NCBI GenBank assembly: GCA_964633325.1
Contig: CAZWFS010000007.1
Span: 1-60,006, forward strand
DNA from: an uncultured Candidatus Saccharibacteria bacterium
GTDB lineage: Bacteria > Patescibacteriota > Saccharimonadia > Saccharimonadales > CAZWFS01
Direction: 5' to 3'
Length of the DNA stretch: 60,006 bases
Part shown: positions 28,730-39,171 of the stretch, in pieces
Layout of the letters: the number at the start of each line of letters is the position of its first letter
Numbering within the stretch: the stretch's first letter is position 1
The notes under the pieces: generated by a model
What the model saw: only the letters and a program-made list of their open reading frames with translations
Databases searched by the model: none
Told to the model about the DNA's origin: nothing
Translations under genes and position numbers: made by a program

Positions 28730-29218
28730 TTAATGGTGTTTCTTTTTACCGTGCTTCTCGTGACGCCTATGCCCTAGCCATAGCGTCATAAGGCTTAGTA
28801 ATATGCCGCCCCCGGCCACCAGGCTCTTTGCTTTGTCTAGAATCTCCCATGCTTCAGTATGGGTCATATTATATTGTATGCCACCCGGCAGCATCGGCAC
28901 CACCAATAAAGCGGCCAGCAGCCCTAAGGCAAGAGCCGGAATCATATTTGCCACCAACTTGGGTCCGGAAACCGTGCCACGCATAACGAGTGCACTCAAA
29001 ACTGCCGGCAACACCATGACGGCGATTTGTGCGGATTGGGTTGCTACATACGTTTTATTTACTGCTGAAGCGACCAAAACCACTTCTTCGCCGCTGAAGC
29101 GTAGCAATACATAGCCAGCGCAAAGGCTCAAAAATGCGATTGTAGCGTTGGTTTTAAGTAGTGTGAGGAGAATCCCCGGAACAACGATAATAGCAATAAG
29201 CACAACCATGTAGGTCAT
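28730..29218 (-). CDS. Hypothetical membrane protein with His/Lys tail
   Basis: 4-5 TM helices; TGATATGAT lies 6 nt before the ATG. Confidence 0.7.
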   Translation of the reverse strand: MTYMVVLIAIIVVPGILLTLLKTNATIAFLSLCAGYVLLRFSGEEVVLVASAVNKTYVATQSAQIAVMVLPAVLSALVMRGTVSGPKLVANMIPALALGLLAALLVVPMLPGGIQYNMTHTEAWEILDKAKSLVAGGGILLSLMTLWLGHRRHEKHGKKKHH

Positions 29219-29241
29219 ACGGTAATCATATCATGGGCGAA

Positions 29242-29742
29242 TCAAAATATGAGCTGCTGGCCGATTACTAAACCAAGCTCGCGGGAGGTGCCGGACGTAA
29301 ACTCCAGGACATACTTGGCGGGCTGAGGCGGACAAAAACTTTCTGGATAGCTGTCAGGGTCTGCATCTTCCTTGATATGTACAATCTGCTTATCGGCATC
29401 AAGCCAAACGATATCGATGAAAAACTTCATGTCCTTCATCCAAAAACACCGAGTTTGGGCGTCCTCGAACTCGAACAGCATTACGACATTGTCGTTTAGT
29501 TGTTCGCGGCCAGACAGTCCGCGCTGCCTTGCAAAGTCATCCCTAAGTACCTCCATGGCAAATTCTTTGTCATGGATTTTCAGTATCGGACCGCCATGAG
29601 TACTAGGGGCCGTTGACGGCTGCCTTATTATCAGTAACGAGCAGACTGGCACAATTACGACTCCGGCTACAAACCAAAATAATGCCTTATGCCTGGCGGA
29701 TTTCCCGCCTCCAGATGACTTACCACTAGATGCTTTAGGCAC
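29242..29742 (-). CDS. DUF192 family protein
   Basis: RQRGLSGRE, CFWMKDMKFFIDIVWLD, KYVLEF. Confidence 0.9.
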   Translation of the reverse strand: MPKASSGKSSGGGKSARHKALFWFVAGVVIVPVCSLLIIRQPSTAPSTHGGPILKIHDKEFAMEVLRDDFARQRGLSGREQLNDNVVMLFEFEDAQTRCFWMKDMKFFIDIVWLDADKQIVHIKEDADPDSYPESFCPPQPAKYVLEFTSGTSRELGLVIGQQLIF

Positions 29743-30640
29743 CTACCCGATCCTTCCGGTTTCGTTGTTTCGCGTTTCGTTCTACGTATTCGATTATTTT
29801 AGTCGCCACATCGCGCTTAGTAATAAGTTCCGGGGTCTTGATGCTGGCAGAGGAGTTTACTTCTAGCACAAGAGGCCCGTGTTCGGAGCGCATCATATCC
29901 ACGCCGCAAATCGGCAAGCCCATTGCTCTGGCGGCACGAATCGCATTTTTTTCTTCTTCTAGTGTCAGCTTGACCATACTGCCTTCCCCGCCCTGATGAG
30001 TGTTCGACCTGAAGTCATCGTCCAGGCTATGACGCTTAATGCTCGCCACGACGCGACCGCCGACAACAATGACTCGGATATCTTCGCCGGCTGATTCCTC
30101 GACGAATTCCTGTACTAAGAAATTTACACCCTCCACATAGAAAGCCTGCATTACGGCCTTGGCAGCCTTGCGGGTCTCAGCCAAAACGACTCCATTGCCG
30201 TGGGTCCCGCGGGCAACTTTGATTATTACCGGCGCGCCGCCCGCACGCTCAATGACATCTTCAAAGTCAGCCGTTTCGCGGGCAAAAACGGTCTTCGGGA
30301 CTCCAATATCAGACTTTGCAAGTAACTGATAAGACCGCAGCTTATCACGCGACCGTACAATGGCGATTGAGCTGGCGGTGGTATATACGCCCTGCATTTC
30401 GAACTGTCGCACCACTGCGGTACCGTATTTGGTATAACTCTGGGCGATGCGGGGGATAATGGCATCTATATCTATCAGTGGCTCTCCTTGATAGTAAACT
30501 ACCGGATTACCCCTCTCGATTGTCATGTAGCAGGCGGCATAGTTAACGACGCGTACTTCGTGTCCGCGCTTGAGAGCTTCCTCTTTTAGGCGTCTAGTTG
30601 AGTAGTTGCCTGGGCCTTTGGATAATATAGCAATCTTCAT
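29735..30640 (-). CDS. rimK: RimK family ATP-grasp alpha-L-glutamate ligase
   Basis: AIIPRI, SRDKLRS, GTHGNGV, QEFVEES.GEDIR, DFRSNTHQGG, LEVNSS. Confidence 0.93.
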   Translation of the reverse strand: MKIAILSKGPGNYSTRRLKEEALKRGHEVRVVNYAACYMTIERGNPVVYYQGEPLIDIDAIIPRIAQSYTKYGTAVVRQFEMQGVYTTASSIAIVRSRDKLRSYQLLAKSDIGVPKTVFARETADFEDVIERAGGAPVIIKVARGTHGNGVVLAETRKAAKAVMQAFYVEGVNFLVQEFVEESAGEDIRVIVVGGRVVASIKRHSLDDDFRSNTHQGGEGSMVKLTLEEEKNAIRAARAMGLPICGVDMMRSEHGPLVLEVNSSASIKTPELITKRDVATKIIEYVERNAKQRNRKDRVGA

Positions 30641-30652
30641 AACGTCGTAACC

Positions 30653-31069
30653 TTATCTGTTATCTTGAGAAACGTCAACAATAAAACCGTTACGCCGCAA
30701 AAATTTTCGGCCAAGTAGTACTGGGTACGACATTGACCGACGATCTGCCAGGCTAATGTGTATGGGATAAATTTTGCCATTCAACTTGATCTCGGTGTCT
30801 ATAAAATAACGGTCGACAGTCATGCCATTACTGCTCCGGACCCAATGCTTGCGGAATTTTGTGGTACTCACCTGGCGCTCGGGCACATTAAAAGGACTAA
30901 AGTATAGCCTTGGTGCCTCCGAGTCCAAAGCTTCTACTCGTATTCGCGTTGCAAGCATCGCACCACTATATGCTCCGGTGTCTACTTTAGCCGCTACCGA
31001 CTTCACCCCAAATTCAGGGAAATCAACACTCTCAAAGCGTCCAACTATTTTTTTATCGTTCATACTCAA
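30653..31069 (-). CDS. RimK-associated putative protease (DUF785-like)
   Basis: AKVDTGAYSG, VRSSNG, M.YPVLLGRKFL; immediately upstream of rimK. Confidence 0.85.
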   Translation of the reverse strand: MSMNDKKIVGRFESVDFPEFGVKSVAAKVDTGAYSGAMLATRIRVEALDSEAPRLYFSPFNVPERQVSTTKFRKHWVRSSNGMTVDRYFIDTEIKLNGKIYPIHISLADRRSMSYPVLLGRKFLRRNGFIVDVSQDNR

Positions 31070-31332
31070 TGCTAATTTTTGTAACCTTTAATAAGCTAGC
31101 ATTAATATCAGATATCGCTGCGCATTAAGCATATCATTATTCTTTGATTTTAGCAAGTATAGGTTGTCTGCCTTTGCATGGCAGGATATTCATCATTTAA
31201 ATCATTTTTACTGGGCCGATTTATTTGGCTGGAGCATGCCGAAAGCACAAGGTGAGCGTTAGTTTTAGCTACTATTCTTGTGTAGAGTGCTTACTCAACA
31301 AGGGAGTCAATTTCATCCCCCGCTTTTGTGTA

Positions 31333-31452
31333 TTAAGGAGCGGCCTTTTGTACTCGAATATAAGCCAAAGCAATTACAAATATGAGTACAGCTAAGATCA
31401 TGATAATCATAGTAATGAAGCCCTGTTGGTTAGATTTTTGTTTAGAACCCAT
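31333..31452 (-). CDS. 39-aa prepilin-like peptide
   Basis: MGSKQKSNQQG/FITMIIMILAVLIFVIALAYIRVQKAAP: basic leader, G/F site, one TM helix. Confidence 0.5.
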   Translation of the reverse strand: MGSKQKSNQQGFITMIIMILAVLIFVIALAYIRVQKAAP

Positions 31453-31643
31453 CTTAGGATAATCCCTGCAGTCCAAAGCTGTTTTGTCGAGCAGGATTCC
31501 GATTATTTTTGTGAGGATATGCACCTAAATGGTACATTGACGGGCCAAATAGCCGGAACCTGCCGGCAAAACAGGTTGCAGGGTAGGTATTTATTCTGAA
31601 ATGGGTTCTAGTCATTACCACTTATTATAGCAACAGGGAAGCG

Positions 31644-32765
31644 TCAGACCCAGAATTTCCGTTTTGGCTCCTCCGATTTGAAGGATTCTAGTAAGTCGCG
31701 TTGCTGCTTGGACAGTTTGGTGGGAGTATCTACTATAAGCGTGACGATATGTGCGCCACGATTTTCGCTCTTTAAATGGGGTATACCATGGCCGGATAGT
31801 TTAAAGTCTGCGCCGCTCTGCGCACCGGGAGGCACTTTCATCGTTACGGGCCCATCTACGGTAGCCACTTTTATTTCCGTTCCCAACGCGGCATCTACCA
31901 TTCCGATATGTTCTTCACTTAATATCAGGTCACCCTCGCGAGTAAACTTCTTGTGCGGCTTGACGCGCACGTTGACATATAAGTCCCCTTTAGGCCCATT
32001 GGCTACTGCTTCGCCATGTTCACGCAACCGAATGGTGGCGCCATCGTCAATTCCAGCTGGTATTTTAAGCGAGATCTCCTGGGCTTTCCTCTGCGTACCT
32101 TTGCCGTGGCAGACCGAGCAGACCTTTTCTGGAATTTTCCCACGGCCCTTACAAGTGGGACATGTACTAGCCTGCTGGATGTTACCAAAAATAGTGCGGG
32201 ATACACTAACTATCTGGCCGGAACCTTTGCACTCTTGGCAAGTTTTAAGCTCATGACCAGGTTCTACGGTGCTGCCTTTACAGTGCTCGCATGTATCTTC
32301 CAAATTAAGGTTAAGGTCTATCTCTGTCCCAAAGACTGCTTGCTCAAATGTCAGCTCCATGGACGTTTCGGCATCCCGGCCACGTGCTGCCCTTTGTTCG
32401 CGGCGCCCGCCGCCTCCGCCACCAAAGAAACTGCCCAAGATATCACCCAGGCCCAAGTCTCCAAAGTCAAAGTGTACTTCCTGGCCACCACCCTGTCCGA
32501 AGCCACCGAATCCCGCGAACGGATTGCCACCTTCGCTAGCAGCGCTACTGCCTACGCCTGCATGGCCAAATTGGTCATAGCGCTGACGTTTTGACGAATC
32601 CTTAAGGATTTCATACGCCTCGTTTACTTCCTTGAACTTGGTCTCGTTGCCCCCTTCTTTGTCTGGATGATATTGTACGGCAAGCCGTCGAAACGCCTTC
32701 TTTATCTCATCGGCGGAAGCAGACTTGCCTACTCCCAAAACTTCATAATAGTCACGCTTCGCCAT
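31644..32765 (-). CDS. dnaJ: Chaperone DnaJ
   Basis: J domain with HPD, G/F-rich region, four CxxCxGxG repeats. Confidence 0.98.
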   Translation of the reverse strand: MAKRDYYEVLGVGKSASADEIKKAFRRLAVQYHPDKEGGNETKFKEVNEAYEILKDSSKRQRYDQFGHAGVGSSAASEGGNPFAGFGGFGQGGGQEVHFDFGDLGLGDILGSFFGGGGGGRREQRAARGRDAETSMELTFEQAVFGTEIDLNLNLEDTCEHCKGSTVEPGHELKTCQECKGSGQIVSVSRTIFGNIQQASTCPTCKGRGKIPEKVCSVCHGKGTQRKAQEISLKIPAGIDDGATIRLREHGEAVANGPKGDLYVNVRVKPHKKFTREGDLILSEEHIGMVDAALGTEIKVATVDGPVTMKVPPGAQSGADFKLSGHGIPHLKSENRGAHIVTLIVDTPTKLSKQQRDLLESFKSEEPKRKFWV

Positions 32766-32793
32766 TACTTTTCCTTGTTATATAAAAATCAGT

Positions 32794-33018
32794 TTATTTG
32801 CCGAAAATCCCAGAGGAGGAAGAATTTCCAGACTGTTCCAGTAGTGCCACTATACGCTCATTACTGGCGGCTATGCGTTCCAGTAACGGATAAATCTGCT
32901 TCAACTGAAGCATGCTTTCGTTACTGGAAGCCATCTGGGACATTATACTAGGCAAACTCTTTAGTTGGTCCAGGGAACTCTGGATTCCTTTTAAATAAGC
33001 TACCACTTGGTCATTCAT
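32794..33018 (-). CDS. Hypothetical 74-aa helical protein
   Basis: RBS AGGAGG before ATG 33018; lies within the dnaK-dnaJ interval. Confidence 0.6.
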   Translation of the reverse strand: MNDQVVAYLKGIQSSLDQLKSLPSIMSQMASSNESMLQLKQIYPLLERIAASNERIVALLEQSGNSSSSGIFGK

Positions 33019-33037
33019 TGTTACCCTCCTGCATAAT

Positions 33038-33256
33038 TTATGACTCTTCAGTTTCATCAGAACCAAAAAGACGATTCACACGTTCTAGATTTGCCGCTCT
33101 GTGTTCATCATCTGCTGGAGAGCCGTCACCAGGAGCGTCTGAGCCATCTGTCCCCTCAATTCCCTCAGTCTCAGCAGTACGCCCATCACTCCTGTTATAA
33201 ACAGGACCCATGCCGAGCTCGGGAAATGTATCTTCAGTTTCTGGGCCTTTAGTCAT
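33038..33256 (-). CDS. Hypothetical 72-aa acidic protein
   Basis: Start overlaps the dnaK stop codon by 4 nt. Confidence 0.45.
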   Translation of the reverse strand: MTKGPETEDTFPELGMGPVYNRSDGRTAETEGIEGTDGSDAPGDGSPADDEHRAANLERVNRLFGSDETEES

Positions 33257-35202
33257 ATTTTATCCGGTCCTTTATCTTCGTCGACAACCTCACCTTCAAC
33301 GGGCTCGTCTTTGCTTTTATCTTCTTTTTTGCCTTCCTCTTTTGCGGAGGCGTCATCGCCTGTGGCTTCGGAGGACGGGTCGGAGGATTTCTCATCTGCC
33401 TGAGCCGCTTCGTACATCTTGGCGCCGATTGGCATCATTTTGTCGGTTAGTTCTTTGGCGGCCGCCTCGATTTTGTCCTTATCGGCGGTTTTATCGGTTT
33501 TTTTAGCATTTTCGATCGCTTCTTCCAGCGTTTTCTTGTCTTCGTTGCTAAGTTTTTCCTTGTAATCGCCAATCATCTTCTCCGCCTGGTAAATTGTGCT
33601 GTCCAGCATGTTGGCAGCTTCAACGCTTTCGCGCTTTTTCTTGTCTTCTTCGGCGTGGGTCTCTGCTTCTTTGGCGGCCTTTTCTACTTCTTCTTTGTCT
33701 AGGTTGCCGCTGTTCTGGATGGTTATACTCTGCTCTTTACCGGAGCCCTTGTCTTTGGCCGATACATTCAAGATACCGTTAGCGTCCAGGTTAAATGTTA
33801 CCTCGATCTGTGGAACACCGCGGGGAGCTGGTGGAATACCATCAAGCACAAAACGGCCTAGGCTTTTATTGTCTGCTACCATCTCGCGCTCACCCTGAAG
33901 CACATGAATCTCTACCTGTGGCTGGCTGTCCGCCGCGGTAGAGAACACCTCGCTCTTGCTGGTCGGAATGGTGGTATTGCGCTCTATAAGCTTAGTCGTA
34001 ACACCACCAAGCGTCTCTATACCCAATGACAGGGGAGTGACATCTAGAAGCAGCACGTCTTTTACATCACCCTGTAGCACACCGCCCTGAATGGCCGCGC
34101 CGATTGCCACGACTTCATCAGGGTTAACGCCCTTGAGTGGCTCCTTGCCGAATATCTTCTTGACCATTTCTACTACCGCCGGCATACGGGTCATGCCGCC
34201 TACCAGAACGATTTCGTCTATATCGCTGGCCTTCAGTTTGGCGTCTTTCAGGGCTTTCTCGCTGGGTTCTTTGGTTTTGGCTATTAAATCCTCAACCATG
34301 CTTTCCAGTTTGGCTCGGTTAAGTTTGTGCTCGAAGTGCTTAGGGCCGTTAGCGTCGGCTGTCAGGAATGGTAGATTGATGTCCACCTGTTCAGTGGTAC
34401 TGAGTTCTTTCTTGGCCTTCTCGGCCTCTTCCTTGAGCCGCTGCATGGCTGCTTTATCGTCTTTAAGGTCGATCCCAGACTCTTTCTTGAACTCGTCTAG
34501 AAGGTGGTTGACTATACGGTTATCAAAGTCCTCGCCTCCCAAGTGGGTATCCCCATTAGTGCTTTTTACTTCAAATACGCCGTCGCCCAGTTCCAGGATA
34601 GACACATCAAAAGTGCCGCCGCCAAGGTCAAAGACCACGATTTTTTCTTCTTTTTTCTGATCTAGTCCATAGGCTAGGGCTGCGGCTGTAGGCTCATTGA
34701 TAATTCGTTTTACTTCTAAGCCGGCTATTTTACCAGCATCCTTTGTGGCCTGGCGCTGGCTGTCGTCAAAATATGCCGGTACGGTTATGACCGCCTCTGT
34801 TACCTTGTCGCCCAGGAACGCTTCTGCATCAGCCTTCAGTTTGCCCAGTATCATCGCGCTGACTTCTTCTGGGCTGTATTCCTTCCCAGCCATCTCCACT
34901 TTTACGCCCGTGCCGCTTTTGACAATCTTATACGGCATCAGGTCTATGTCCTTTTGGACTTCCTTGTCGCTAAACTTACGTCCAATCAGCCGCTTGATGC
35001 CATAAATAGTATTAGTAGGGTTAGTTACCCGTTGCCTGTTAGCAACCTGCCCTGCTAATCGTTCACCGTTCTTATTGATAGCCACCACGGAAGGTGTAGT
35101 CCGGTTGCCTTCGCTATTTGCGATAATCTCCGGCTTCCCTGCCTGCATCACAGCCATAGCCGAGTTAGTAGTACCTAAATCGATTCCTATAATCTTTCCC
35201 AT
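33253..35202 (-). CDS. dnaK: Chaperone DnaK (Hsp70)
   Basis: [34 protein letters not shown]. Confidence 0.99.
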   Translation of the reverse strand: MGKIIGIDLGTTNSAMAVMQAGKPEIIANSEGNRTTPSVVAINKNGERLAGQVANRQRVTNPTNTIYGIKRLIGRKFSDKEVQKDIDLMPYKIVKSGTGVKVEMAGKEYSPEEVSAMILGKLKADAEAFLGDKVTEAVITVPAYFDDSQRQATKDAGKIAGLEVKRIINEPTAAALAYGLDQKKEEKIVVFDLGGGTFDVSILELGDGVFEVKSTNGDTHLGGEDFDNRIVNHLLDEFKKESGIDLKDDKAAMQRLKEEAEKAKKELSTTEQVDINLPFLTADANGPKHFEHKLNRAKLESMVEDLIAKTKEPSEKALKDAKLKASDIDEIVLVGGMTRMPAVVEMVKKIFGKEPLKGVNPDEVVAIGAAIQGGVLQGDVKDVLLLDVTPLSLGIETLGGVTTKLIERNTTIPTSKSEVFSTAADSQPQVEIHVLQGEREMVADNKSLGRFVLDGIPPAPRGVPQIEVTFNLDANGILNVSAKDKGSGKEQSITIQNSGNLDKEEVEKAAKEAETHAEEDKKKRESVEAANMLDSTIYQAEKMIGDYKEKLSNEDKKTLEEAIENAKKTDKTADKDKIEAAAKELTDKMMPIGAKMYEAAQADEKSSDPSSEATGDDASAKEEGKKEDKSKDEPVEGEVVDEDKGPDKI

Positions 35203-35245
35203 ATTTACCCCTTCGCTCTTTAAATACGTGTGATTAACATTAATC

Positions 35246-35272
35246 TTAGCACTCTATATCGAGTAGTGCCAA
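35246..35272. promoter_or_regulatory. CIRCE-like HrcA operator (imperfect) upstream of dnaK
   Basis: TTAGCACTC-N9-TAGTGCCAA. Confidence 0.7.
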
Positions 35273-35292
35273 ACTGTATTTAGTCTAGAAAA

Positions 35293-35319
35293 TTAGCACT
35301 CTAATGTCAAGAGTGCTAA
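35293..35319. promoter_or_regulatory. CIRCE HrcA operator upstream of dnaK
   Basis: Perfect TTAGCACTC-N9-GAGTGCTAA. Confidence 0.95.
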
Positions 35320-35402
35320 ATACGGTACTCCTCCAGTTTCTCACTCACCCACTTTTCATAATCTGACCGTCTACCTATTCGCAGAACGTTACGCTTAGGA
35401 TA

Positions 35403-35621
35403 TCAAGTTACCATCCTATAATATGATAAGTCGTGAACTGTTTGAGCTCCGTTGTCGGAAGTGGTCGAGTTTGCTGGTGTTCCTTTGTTATCGGTAAGAG
35501 TGGTTTCGACTATGCCCGCGGGAACTGCATCTGCTTGTTGCTCTAGGGTGCTGTTGGATGACACTCCAAGTCCCTCACCTGAGCCAATCACCTCTAAAGA
35601 AGGATCCTCCTTGTACTCCAT
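35403..35621 (-). CDS. Hypothetical 72-aa acidic protein
   Basis: TAATG overlap with the grpE stop codon. Confidence 0.45.
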   Translation of the reverse strand: MEYKEDPSLEVIGSGEGLGVSSNSTLEQQADAVPAGIVETTLTDNKGTPANSTTSDNGAQTVHDLSYYRMVT

Positions 35622-36148
35622 TAACTTTGCTCAATTTCCATCTTTACCTTAACCATAGCGTGGCGGATAATTTCATCGCCTAGTTTGTAGCCAGGCTGTA
35701 GTTCTTCAGAGACGATTTCTACTGTACCGGCACCTTCTTCCATGCTGACAGCTTCGTGCAATTTGGGATCAAAAACCTCGCCGACCGTTTTGATACGCTC
35801 TACGCCCAACTCTGCCAGCACTTTATCAAACTGTTTAACTACACCCTGGACACCTTTTACGTAATCATTACCTGCAAGCTCTTTTGGAACGTGCTTCAGG
35901 GATCGTTCCAAATTGTCCAAAGCTGGTAACATTTCACGAATAACATTGGCTTTAATCAGTTCGTTGAGCCTGGCTGTTTGTTCCTCGTGCCGCCGTCTGA
36001 TGTTGGCCGCATCTGCTCGCTCCCGCTGTAAAGCCTCCGTCAATTCATTGATTTGCTGTTCTAATTTGTGAATAGTCGAGTCTTCCGCTTCCCTATTTTT
36101 AGTTTTCTTGCTCACCGCCCCCTTTTCACTGTTCGCTGATTTACTCAT
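35621..36148 (-). CDS. grpE: Nucleotide exchange factor GrpE
   Basis: RERADAANIRRR, LPALDNLERSL, FDPKLHEAV, LQPGYKL...IRHAMVKV. Confidence 0.96.
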   Translation of the reverse strand: MSKSANSEKGAVSKKTKNREAEDSTIHKLEQQINELTEALQRERADAANIRRRHEEQTARLNELIKANVIREMLPALDNLERSLKHVPKELAGNDYVKGVQGVVKQFDKVLAELGVERIKTVGEVFDPKLHEAVSMEEGAGTVEIVSEELQPGYKLGDEIIRHAMVKVKMEIEQS

Positions 36149-36857
36149 ACAGCGCTTCCTCTAATGCCTGCCCGGCGCGTTGGACCAGGCTTATGACGCC
36201 TCGGTAGCTTTGGCGGGTGGGACCGAGGGTGCCAATGTAACTTTTGTCGCTATATGGGCTTCGGAACCGGCTGATAATCAAGGTGCAACCACTATTACGG
36301 CCAATCGGGTTTTCTTTCCCGATATAAACGTTCATAGGTTGGTTTGGCGCGACTTCACGTAGCCAAGGCTCTAAATTATCCAACAGTTTGGCAACTTCCC
36401 GCACTTGTCCAGGGTGCATGAATTCCGGTTGGCCAAACAGGTTGGATAGTCCGCTCATATATAACTGGTTACCGATTGTAGCAAGACCTAAATTATGGGT
36501 AAGTTCCACCAAAGTATCGACAGTATTGCGGATGGTACGCTCAGGAACACCGCCGCCTTCAACCCTTGCTGTTAAAGCCCTCTCGGCGCGCCTTTCAGCT
36601 CCCGCAGCCGCTGGGTTTTCATCTTGAGTGCTCATATTGTTAACGTAAAAACGATACCCCTTATCGGTCGGGATACGTCCAGCACTAGTGTGTGGCTGCA
36701 TGATATACCCCGCCTCTTCCAACAACGCCATTTCAGCCCGGATAGTCGCCGAACTAACATTGAATGCTTTGGCCAATAGGCTGCTGCCCACCGGACTAGC
36801 CACCTCGGCATACTGCTCAATAATGGCTGCTAAAAGCTTAGCCTGACGCTCCGTCAT
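36141..36857 (-). CDS. hrcA: Heat-inducible repressor HrcA (compact form)
   Basis: MTERQAKLLAAIIEQY, SSATIRAEMA.LE..GY..QPHTSAGRIPTDKGYRFYV. Confidence 0.95.
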   Translation of the reverse strand: MTERQAKLLAAIIEQYAEVASPVGSSLLAKAFNVSSATIRAEMALLEEAGYIMQPHTSAGRIPTDKGYRFYVNNMSTQDENPAAAGAERRAERALTARVEGGGVPERTIRNTVDTLVELTHNLGLATIGNQLYMSGLSNLFGQPEFMHPGQVREVAKLLDNLEPWLREVAPNQPMNVYIGKENPIGRNSGCTLIISRFRSPYSDKSYIGTLGPTRQSYRGVISLVQRAGQALEEALYE

Positions 36858-36877
36858 AATATATATATTGTACCCCG

Positions 36878-36904
36878 TTAGCACTCAAGCGTCAAGAGTG
36901 CTAG
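36878..36904. promoter_or_regulatory. CIRCE operator upstream of hrcA
   Basis: TTAGCACTC-N9-GAGTGCTAG. Confidence 0.9.
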
Positions 36905-36978
36905 TAATTCGCGTGAACGGTCTTTTTGGATTACTCCAGAAACTCAAGCACTAAGTTGAGAGCGCCGAACTGACCTCT

Positions 36979-37470
36979 TTAGCGTGTCTGTTCTCTTAAT
37001 TGCTCACTTACTACATTCATGCAACGTACGACTTCACTTACCGTCATAGTGTTAACTGGTGGGGTCGTATCTGCAACTTCTATTGCGGACCATGTAAAAG
37101 ATTTTAAAGACACTTCATTAACCCCATCTATAGTCCTTTCGGTAGCTACAACACTGCCCAAGGTTAGGGCAGGAGTTTCCTGCCGAGTAATCTCAATTAC
37201 CGTTTTGACATTAGTAAGTTTTGCCCAGTCATCCATCTCCATCTCGATATGAGTGACTCCTTGGCTGTTTTTTGACACCGTGACTTTTCGTTTATATTCA
37301 TCTACATGCTCATCGCCATCCTCATGACTTTCATTATCTGGTAACTCAGCATCCATACATTCAATTTTGCTCAGACATCTGCGGAGGTTCCAACGGTGAA
37401 AACCACCAACCATTACTTCCCAAGCGGATCGGCGCGGAGTACCCTCTATAGGTTCAAGTAAACTATCCAT
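36979..37470 (-). CDS. Hypothetical protein
   Basis: 163-aa ORF preceded by a TTGCGA/TATATT promoter-like pair; no recognised motif. Confidence 0.55.
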   Translation of the reverse strand: MDSLLEPIEGTPRRSAWEVMVGGFHRWNLRRCLSKIECMDAELPDNESHEDGDEHVDEYKRKVTVSKNSQGVTHIEMEMDDWAKLTNVKTVIEITRQETPALTLGSVVATERTIDGVNEVSLKSFTWSAIEVADTTPPVNTMTVSEVVRCMNVVSEQLREQTR

Positions 37471-37651
37471 ATTAATATATTAACCTAAATAATAATTTTC
37501 GCAAGAATATGAACCGCCCCCTTAGCAACCTGGTCGATTTAGCTTCCTTATTCTATAATGCCTTTCTTTCCTAAATTTCATAAGTTTTTGAACCAAACTA
37601 AAAAATTACCCATGCAAAGCCTAGCGATGTGGCACCGTGACTGGCAAACGA

Positions 37652-37740
37652 CTCAATAATGGCTGCTAAAAGCTTGGCTTGGCTTGGCTCCGACATAATA
37701 AAATAATTGTACTCGGTTAGCACAGCGCCAAGAGCACTAG
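37652..37740 (-). pseudogene. Degenerate duplicate of the hrcA 5' end, promoter and CIRCE
   Basis: Matches 36816-36904 at offset 836; first 24 bp (CTCAATAATGGCTGCTAAAAGCTT) identical; CIRCE halves eroded. Confidence 0.8.
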
Positions 37741-37770
37741 CAGGGTCGGAATTAATCCAAAACGCCGGCA

Positions 37771-38511
37771 CTAAGTCTCTATACTCTTTAGAAAAACCTG
37801 AGTTTCCATGAAAAGTTTCTCGGCTAGCTGTCGGCCTCGTGCTTGCTCTTCAGGCATATACTGGCCAAAGCGCGCCAGTTGATGTACCCTTTCCACGGCT
37901 TCACTGAGTTTATCGTTCACTATAAATTTGTAATAATCATGCTTCAACGCGGCAGCAAATTCTTTGTGTGCGCTTTCTAGGCGTCGGCGTACCTCGTCTT
38001 TGGGCAAGCTGCCACGACCAACTATACGTCGCTGCCATTCCTCAAAGTTAGGGGGTAATAAAAATATTGCCAGCATGTTAGGTTTGGCTTTGATAATGTT
38101 GTTTACGCCTACGATTTCGATATCAGAGATTGCAATCTTACCCTCATCTTTTGCTCTTTCAAGCTCCCTTATACTGACTCCTGATACTTGCTGATTATGG
38201 ATAATGGAGGCCTCCAAGAACTCTCCCTCTTCTAGGTCCCGCAACACTTCTTCTTCACTACGGAACCAGTAAGTTACACCATCCCGTTCCAGTACACCGT
38301 CATTAAGCCGCGGGTTGCGAGTAGTATCCGATACTATAAAGTGATACTCCCCCGTTTTTTTGAGCTCTCTGATGATGGTATTACGCCCAGATGATGTGGC
38401 GGCAGCCATTACAACTAGCTGGGTTTGATCCAGGATACGCTTGCTAGCTTCCGAAACACGATAATGAGCCAAAATTTTTTGAAATTCGGCCAAATGTTTC
38501 AGCTTATTCAT
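37771..38511 (-). CDS. gmk: Guanylate kinase (variant P-loop)
   Basis: VSDTTRNPR..DG..E.DGVTYWF, FLEA, IFLLPPNFEEWQRR; P-loop reads AATSSGRNT. Confidence 0.8.
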   Translation of the reverse strand: MNKLKHLAEFQKILAHYRVSEASKRILDQTQLVVMAAATSSGRNTIIRELKKTGEYHFIVSDTTRNPRLNDGVLERDGVTYWFRSEEEVLRDLEEGEFLEASIIHNQQVSGVSIRELERAKDEGKIAISDIEIVGVNNIIKAKPNMLAIFLLPPNFEEWQRRIVGRGSLPKDEVRRRLESAHKEFAAALKHDYYKFIVNDKLSEAVERVHQLARFGQYMPEEQARGRQLAEKLFMETQVFLKSIET

Positions 38512-38661
38512 ATGATTATTACAAGGTAGCAGGTTATGCGGTGTATTTTCAAGTTACTAAATACTATGCCCTAAAGTTCTGTAATAGCCCAGGCTAATCA
38601 GTAAGCTAAGCCATCCCTCGGCAATCAACCACACTTATGACAAGGCGGTGTCGGAATAGCG

Positions 38662-39114
38662 TTATGGGAGTTGTTTTTGGTTTTTGGGATCTGAGGTGAA
38701 TCTCTTAGTAATCACATCTGTTTTCGTAGGTTTGTCTAATTTTTTAGTTTCTTTCTTGGGTACCTGAGTACTGTAATTATCTTCAGCAGGTACCTCCGAT
38801 TCCAAGACTGTTTCCGTATTCTCTCCGGCAATCTTTAAGGCCGTTGATAAATTTTTTGTAATGTTCAGTATTCCTTCGGGTTCTGCCGTAATACCTGATT
38901 GATCCACAACTAGTAATGAAGGGTCGCGCTGCTGGTGGCGTTGCTTGCCTTCTACATAATTTTTATCAGCCCTTTGGTTGATAGCCTTTTGGCCTCCAAA
39001 AACGAATAATAGCAACCCGATGACCATCAGTGAAACAGTAATAAAATGTCGAGCGCGATCTGCACGTCGTATTTGCTGCATATTTGTTACCCTTCCTGCC
39101 AAAGATTGTTCCAC
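38662..39114 (-). CDS. Hypothetical single-pass membrane protein
   Basis: One TM helix followed by a charged tail. Confidence 0.5.
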   Translation of the reverse strand: MEQSLAGRVTNMQQIRRADRARHFITVSLMVIGLLLFVFGGQKAINQRADKNYVEGKQRHQQRDPSLLVVDQSGITAEPEGILNITKNLSTALKIAGENTETVLESEVPAEDNYSTQVPKKETKKLDKPTKTDVITKRFTSDPKNQKQLP

Positions 39115-39171
39115 AAAGCATCTAGCATAAACAGCAAGATATTTAACTGAAACTTAACCCTGTATTTGTAT

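Noticed and set aside
31678-35005. Long antisense ORFs over dnaJ and dnaK, and similar ones over ftsH (46258-47145) and ribokinase
   Set aside because: Shadow frames of conserved genes with no independent motifs
36945-36968. Fourth CIRCE-like box
   Set aside because: Halves are poor matches and the spacer is 6 nt rather than 9
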